Source: a virus (lineage: Duplodnaviria > Caudoviricetes). From it: 59,608 nucleotides of DNA. The DNA lies in the IMG/VR virus record IMGVR_UViG_3300017540_000002, positions 1 to 59,608 of that record; one strand, 5' to 3'. The translations under genes and the position numbers were made by a program. Positions 55,324 through 59,608 of this stretch are shown piece by piece (positions within the stretch are counted from its first letter, which is position 1; every line of letters starts with the position of its first letter). The notes under the pieces were generated by a model that ran no database searches, was not told where the DNA came from, and saw only the letters and a program-made list of their open reading frames with translations.

Positions 55324-57603
55324 TCAGGAGATGTCGATGACCTCGACCTCCAGCACGCGGGTGAAGGGCAGACCCTCGCTCTCCAGCCAGGTCTCGACCT
55401 CCTCCATCTCGATCGTCACGTCGCCCACGTCGAGGTCGGAGGGCAGCATGACCTGCATCTCCGCATCGACCGTGTAGGTCATGCTCAGCGAGAAGTGGCC
55501 GAGCGACGGCGAGTGGTCGCTGCCCACGAACGCGTCCAGCAACTCCCTGTCCTGGTCCGTCGACGACACGCTGTAGTCCGTCTCGTACTCCACCTCGATC
55601 CGGGCCGTGACCTCCCGCTCCCGCTCCGCGGACCCGCCCCGCCGCGGCTCGTACCCGTTCTTGCGGCAGAACGCCTCGTACTCGCTGCACCACGAGTCCT
55701 CCTGGGCGCGCTCCCCCACCCACGAGAGGACCGCGTCCATCAGGTCCTCCGGGTCGGCGTGGTCGGGCAGGTCGGCCCGTGCCCCAGAAGCAGGCGTGAA
55801 CGTGAACCGACCGAGGTCCACGGTCACGGCCGCCGGACCGTCCGTCAGCGGTGCGCGGTCGTGGTCCTCCTTGGCGATCCGGTGGAGCGCCGTCGACGAG
55901 ACGATGCGCGTGTTCTCGACGGCCGCGAGCGTCCACACCAGGTCGTGGGTCTCCTGTCCGTAGGGCACCACCAGCCAGCGGGGGTGACCGTTGAAGACTC
56001 CGCGGACCTCGTACTCGCCCCGCACGTGATACGGCGTCCCCGCGAAGCGGGCCGCGTTCACGCCCGCGGTCTCCTCGAACCACTCCTCGAACCCTTCGAG
56101 CGCGTCCAGGTACCCGTGACGCAGCCCCTCGTTGTAGAAGTTGACGACCATCTCCCGCAGGCGCTCGGTGCTGTCCGCCCGGGCGTCGGTCTCCTCCGCG
56201 GGGGTCTGCGTCGTGACGGTCGAGTCCCCGCCGTAGGCGCGCTGCACGTGGTCGTCCATGCGCAGCCACTGCGACACGGTCACCGGGGTGCCCGGGCTGT
56301 AGATCGCCCCGTGAGCACCCGCGATCGGGTGATCCCCCACCGGCCGGGCGAACACCGTGTTGATCCCCAGGCGGTCCTCCACCTTCGCGAGGAAGGGGAC
56401 CACGCGGAACTCGCCGCCGATGGGGAGGGAGAGCACGAGGATGACCTGACCCACCTGGGGTTCGGGGTTGAGCGGGGCCAGCACGGGGCTGTGGCCCTGG
56501 TCGGTGATGCGGCCGATGGGCGCGCGCTCGCCCGGCTCCGCCTCCTCCGCCCCTGCCAGGCAGCACAGCGACGCCTGGTCGGTGACGGCCCCGCTCGGCG
56601 TCACCCACCGCCGGCTGTCGTTCGGCTCCTCGCCGTCGCTGAAGCGGTACAGCCGGTACAGCCAGTACGGGTCGATGCGAGCGTCCTGCGTCCAGGCGGT
56701 GTCGCTCTCCAGGATGGGGAGCGTCCGCTCCGTGATGGCGTTCTCGGGGATGGTGGTCATGGTGTCTGTCCCTTGGGGGTCGATGGGCTGGGGTGAAGTC
56801 GCCACCGTGGTGACTTCGAGGCAGGATCGGTGCACGATCCGCGTCGTGCCGGCGTCTGAGATGACGACGTTGCCGGTGATGTGCGATGCCGCCTCGACGG
56901 TGGCGCGGGGGCGGGGCATGGTGGGCATGATCGACGGGTGCTTGTCATCGTTGGTGTCGATCCAGAAGGGGTCGGCACCAACGATCACTTCCGTGCCGGG
57001 CGCGAGGGTGTCCTGCTCCCCCTCGACGGGGCGGTCGACCACGAGCAGCGACTGCGAGTCCGCCCACACCCACGTGCGGGCCGCCCCGTCGGGAGAGTCG
57101 ACCGCGACGAGGTAGTCGCCGTCGAAGGGGTGCCGCCGCACGACGAAGCCGGAGGACTGCGGCAGTGTGTCCGCTCCCCGGCATGGAATCCGCCGCCCGT
57201 TGGAGGAGACGTAGTGCGCGTCGGCGAGGAAGTGCACGACGTCGCCCACCTGCGGCCCTTCGTGAGCGATGGGGGCGAGGTCGTCGTGAGCGACGTCCTG
57301 ACGCTCGAAGGTCTCACCGGCCGCGACGCTGTAGACCAGCGACGGGTCGTCGAAGCCCTCGTCCAGCGACGGCTCGTCGAAGACCTCGTGGACCTGGCCG
57401 TGCACACCCCCGGGCAGGATCGCGGTCGAGCCCTGCGCGAACCGCCAGGAGCCGGTCGGTGCGACGAACGGCCGCCCGTCCCGCTGCCGGACGGCCTGGA
57501 GCCTGCCCTGCTCGCCGATGAGGCGGCGCACGATGCCGGTCTCGCCCGCGGCGATCCCGAAGCGGTGGATGTCGCGAGTCACGACGATGCTGCTGGCCCT
57601 CAT
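55324..57603 (-). CDS. Large hypothetical protein (759 aa) with a probable internal start at 56760 (478 aa)
   Basis: ATG at 57603 is coupled to the upstream stop; internal palindrome plus AAGGGACAGACACC-ATG in frame. Confidence 0.7.
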   Translation of the reverse strand: MRASSIVVTRDIHRFGIAAGETGIVRRLIGEQGRLQAVRQRDGRPFVAPTGSWRFAQGSTAILPGGVHGQVHEVFDEPSLDEGFDDPSLVYSVAAGETFERQDVAHDDLAPIAHEGPQVGDVVHFLADAHYVSSNGRRIPCRGADTLPQSSGFVVRRHPFDGDYLVAVDSPDGAARTWVWADSQSLLVVDRPVEGEQDTLAPGTEVIVGADPFWIDTNDDKHPSIMPTMPRPRATVEAASHITGNVVISDAGTTRIVHRSCLEVTTVATSPQPIDPQGTDTMTTIPENAITERTLPILESDTAWTQDARIDPYWLYRLYRFSDGEEPNDSRRWVTPSGAVTDQASLCCLAGAEEAEPGERAPIGRITDQGHSPVLAPLNPEPQVGQVILVLSLPIGGEFRVVPFLAKVEDRLGINTVFARPVGDHPIAGAHGAIYSPGTPVTVSQWLRMDDHVQRAYGGDSTVTTQTPAEETDARADSTERLREMVVNFYNEGLRHGYLDALEGFEEWFEETAGVNAARFAGTPYHVRGEYEVRGVFNGHPRWLVVPYGQETHDLVWTLAAVENTRIVSSTALHRIAKEDHDRAPLTDGPAAVTVDLGRFTFTPASGARADLPDHADPEDLMDAVLSWVGERAQEDSWCSEYEAFCRKNGYEPRRGGSAEREREVTARIEVEYETDYSVSSTDQDRELLDAFVGSDHSPSLGHFSLSMTYTVDAEMQVMLPSDLDVGDVTIEMEEVETWLESEGLPFTRVLEVEVIDIS
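56795..56817. repeat. 23-bp palindrome copy 21 (intragenic)
   Basis: GAAGTCGCCAC-C-GTGGTGACTTC. Confidence 0.9.
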
Positions 57604-57719
57604 CGGAGCGCCTCCGTCACGTCGTTGGCACGGAGGCGGTAGATCGTGGCGCGGCGGTACCGCGCACGCTGACCTTCGACGGTCCGCGGCTGCCGCCGCG
57701 ACTTCTGCTGGATGGTCAC
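57600..57719 (-). CDS. Small basic protein (39 aa, not in ORF track)
   Basis: GTG after GAAGGGACAGACCA; MTIQQKSRRQPR...; ATGA overlap with the next gene. Confidence 0.6.
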   Translation of the reverse strand: MTIQQKSRRQPRTVEGQRARYRRATIYRLRANDVTEALR

Positions 57720-57739
57720 TGGTCTGTCCCTTCGAGTTC

Positions 57740-57762
57740 GTAGTCACCACGGTGGTGACTTC
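57740..57762. repeat. 23-bp palindrome copy 22
   Basis: GTAGTCACCAC-G-GTGGTGACTTC. Confidence 0.95.
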
Positions 57763-57899
57763 GGGTGGAGTGTCGGACCTGGCACTCCCGTGCAGGCGTC
57801 GTCGTGCGACGCCCACACGGCAGCGGCAGGGCAGGGTGGACCCACCGAGCGGGGCCGGGGCACGCATTCCGGCCCCGCCCGGCGGGGGTCTGTGGTAGG

Positions 57900-58286
57900 T
57901 CAGGCGACCCCGACCCACTCCGAGGTGGCGCGCCGGACCGTCTGCGGGTCGACGTCGCCCCACATCGGAACGAGCGCGACGACCCAGCCGCGCGGGTCGC
58001 CCTCGAACACGACCACCCACTTGCCGGTGCGGTACTCGCCGTCGCGCTCCTCGAACGGGTCGGGCAGCGTCTCGGCGAGGGCGACGATGCGCCCCTCCAG
58101 GCGGGCCTCGCGCCGTTCGAGGCGAACGGTCGTGACGTCGTCCATCTCCCCGTTGCACCACCGCTCCTGGATGCGGTGGTAGGCCCGGCCGAGCCGGTGC
58201 ATCTCGGCGAGGGTTCGCTTGATCGCCGGTGTCATGCCGACGTAGCGCATGACGCCGACTTCCAGGTTGTCGAGCGTGGTGCTCAT
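57900..58286 (-). CDS. Hypothetical protein
   Basis: MSTTLDNLE after ACGAAGGGACAGACC; ERWCNG...GDPRG motif. Confidence 0.8.
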   Translation of the reverse strand: MSTTLDNLEVGVMRYVGMTPAIKRTLAEMHRLGRAYHRIQERWCNGEMDDVTTVRLERREARLEGRIVALAETLPDPFEERDGEYRTGKWVVVFEGDPRGWVVALVPMWGDVDPQTVRRATSEWVGVA

Positions 58287-58307
58287 GGTCTGTCCCTTCG
58301 TGAGTTC

Positions 58308-58330
58308 GTAGTCACCACGGTGGTGACTAC
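58308..58330. repeat. 23-bp palindrome copy 23
   Basis: Perfect copy. Confidence 0.95.
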
Positions 58331-58371
58331 CTCGGGTGGTCTTGGGGTTCGCTGCCCCGTGGACTGTGTCC

Positions 58372-58400
58372 ACCTTATCAGAAAGGGAAGCGAAAGTCAA
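58372..58400 (-). promoter_or_regulatory. SigA-type early promoter P3
   Basis: Minus strand TTGACT-N17-TAAGGT with extended -10 TG. Confidence 0.8.
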
Positions 58401-58423
58401 GTGATGGTCACTCGACGCAAGGG

Positions 58424-58446
58424 GTAGTCACCACGGTGGCGACTAC
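58424..58446. repeat. 23-bp palindrome copy 24
   Basis: GTAGTCACCAC-G-GTGGCGACTAC with GGG/CCC flanks; supplies the stop of 58443..59468. Confidence 0.95.
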
Positions 58447-59468
58447 CCCGCGTTCACCGACTGAGCGACCGACACCTCCGAGGCGAAGGCCGACCACACC
58501 GGACCCGCCACCTCCTGCCACGAGTACCCCGGCGCGTCGTCGTCCGTGCGCAGTTGCGAACGCGCGACCGTGAGCGAGAGCCCAGGCAACTCGTCGCACC
58601 ACCCGTTGCCGGCGTACGGGTTGCCCAGCCACAGGTTCGGCGTCTCGAACGTGATCGGCGCCTCCGGCTCAGCGAACAGCCACGACTCGTCGAGCCGCAC
58701 GTACGCCACTAGGAACGCTTCGAGGTAGAGGTCGTAGCACTCCGCCAGGATGTGCCGGATCGTCCCCTCGTGGATCAGCCCCGGCCGGCCCAGCATCACG
58801 GCCAGCGCGGCCACGTCCACCTCCCCGTCCTCGTTGCGCGGCACCTCGCCCAGCGGCACCCGGATCGCGACCGACCCGGTGTTGCTGATGAGCCCGCTCA
58901 GCGGGTCGGAGTCGTCCCTGTCGTAGATCGCCTCCTCGATCAACTCCTCCTGCTCCGGCGTGAGTTCCACCTCGTCGAGCCACGGCCCATCGTTGTCGAA
59001 CTCCCGGCACAGCCGCCGACGCACCTCGCGCTCCACCTGCTCGCGGACGTCCGCCACGGCGTGGGAGCGCACCTCGCTGACCCACTCGTCGTACCGCTCC
59101 CACGCCGGGTCGTCGAAGCCGTCGCCACGCACCAGCGCAGCGACCTGATCCTCGGTCAGCCTGTCGTCGTAGGCGACGTGCACCAGCGTGAAGGACCGGC
59201 CCTGCACCTCGCGCATGACCTCCGCGAACAGCACCTTGCTCAGCCCGTCGACCTCCTCCGCGGCGAAGTTGGCGAACCCCTCCCGTTCGAGCCAGTCGTA
59301 GGCGTCGGCGAGCGTGTCGAACTCGACCGTCTTCACCAGGCCGACGGCGGTCAGGTACCAGTTCACGGCGTAGCCGGTCTCGGTGACCCGCACGTTCGCC
59401 TCGGCCTCAGCCTCCTCGTGGCCGTCCGGGATGCGCAGCCACACGTCGGCGTAGTTCTTCTCCTGCAT
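58443..59468 (-). CDS. Acidic hypothetical protein
   Basis: 341 aa; ATG after ACGAAGGGACAGGATC. Confidence 0.8.
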   Translation of the reverse strand: MQEKNYADVWLRIPDGHEEAEAEANVRVTETGYAVNWYLTAVGLVKTVEFDTLADAYDWLEREGFANFAAEEVDGLSKVLFAEVMREVQGRSFTLVHVAYDDRLTEDQVAALVRGDGFDDPAWERYDEWVSEVRSHAVADVREQVEREVRRRLCREFDNDGPWLDEVELTPEQEELIEEAIYDRDDSDPLSGLISNTGSVAIRVPLGEVPRNEDGEVDVAALAVMLGRPGLIHEGTIRHILAECYDLYLEAFLVAYVRLDESWLFAEPEAPITFETPNLWLGNPYAGNGWCDELPGLSLTVARSQLRTDDDAPGYSWQEVAGPVWSAFASEVSVAQSVNAG

Positions 59469-59485
59469 GATCCTGTCCCTTCGTG

Positions 59486-59608
59486 AGGTTCGTAGTCACC
59501 ACCGTGGTGACTACGGCTCGGATTGATTGATTAGCGCCGTAGCGCGTCGATCGTCGCCGTGCCATTCCGCGACGTCCTCGTTCGTTTCGAAGAATGGCGC
59601 GACGTCGG
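59486..59608. repeat. Terminal direct repeat / circular overlap (copy of 1-123)
   Basis: Exact match to 1-123. Confidence 0.95.

Noticed and set aside
57604-58161. N-terminal 186 aa of the 945-aa ORF
   Set aside because: It overlaps gene 57900..58286, an intergenic hairpin and the 39-aa gene. The coupled ATG at 57603 is the better start.
1-59608. Integrase, reverse transcriptase/DGR, DNA polymerase, tRNA genes, lysin B
   Set aside because: I recognised no diagnostic motifs by eye. HMM and tRNAscan searches are needed to confirm absence.

Overview
A complete, circularly assembled genome of a high-GC actinobacterial siphovirus. Bases 1-123 are repeated at 59486-59608, so about 59,485 bp are unique. 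An M23 endolysin with no lysin B suggests a non-mycolic host such as Microbacteriaceae (inference). The + strand (5.1-37.9 kb) carries ParB-like, terminase, portal, a MuF/2H-phosphoesterase/protease fusion, capsid, tail, a PhoD-domain giant protein, tape measure and lysis genes. The - strand (38.0 kb through the junction to 3.4 kb) carries a Cas4/RecB-like exonuclease, ERF, a sortase-anchored surface protein, HNH, primase-helicase, SSB and many small early genes. I recognised no integrase, classical repressor, DNA polymerase, tRNA or CRISPR array. The most striking unexplained feature is a 23-bp palindrome, G(T/A/G)AGTC(A/G)CCAC-S-GTGG(T/C)GACT(A/T/C)C, which I counted in 24 unique copies. It cuts the early region into cassette-like gene units and sits 41-42 nt downstream of three near-identical SigA promoters. 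It supplies stop codons for six genes and persists inside structural CDSs. It also occurs in tandem just upstream of a lone, divergently transcribed HTH-like gene that is the candidate cognate protein. There is also a hairpin-dense non-coding element at about 50.1-50.4 kb and a long purine-pyrimidine alternating tract at about 2.9-3.0 kb. All calls were made by eye; no database searches were run.
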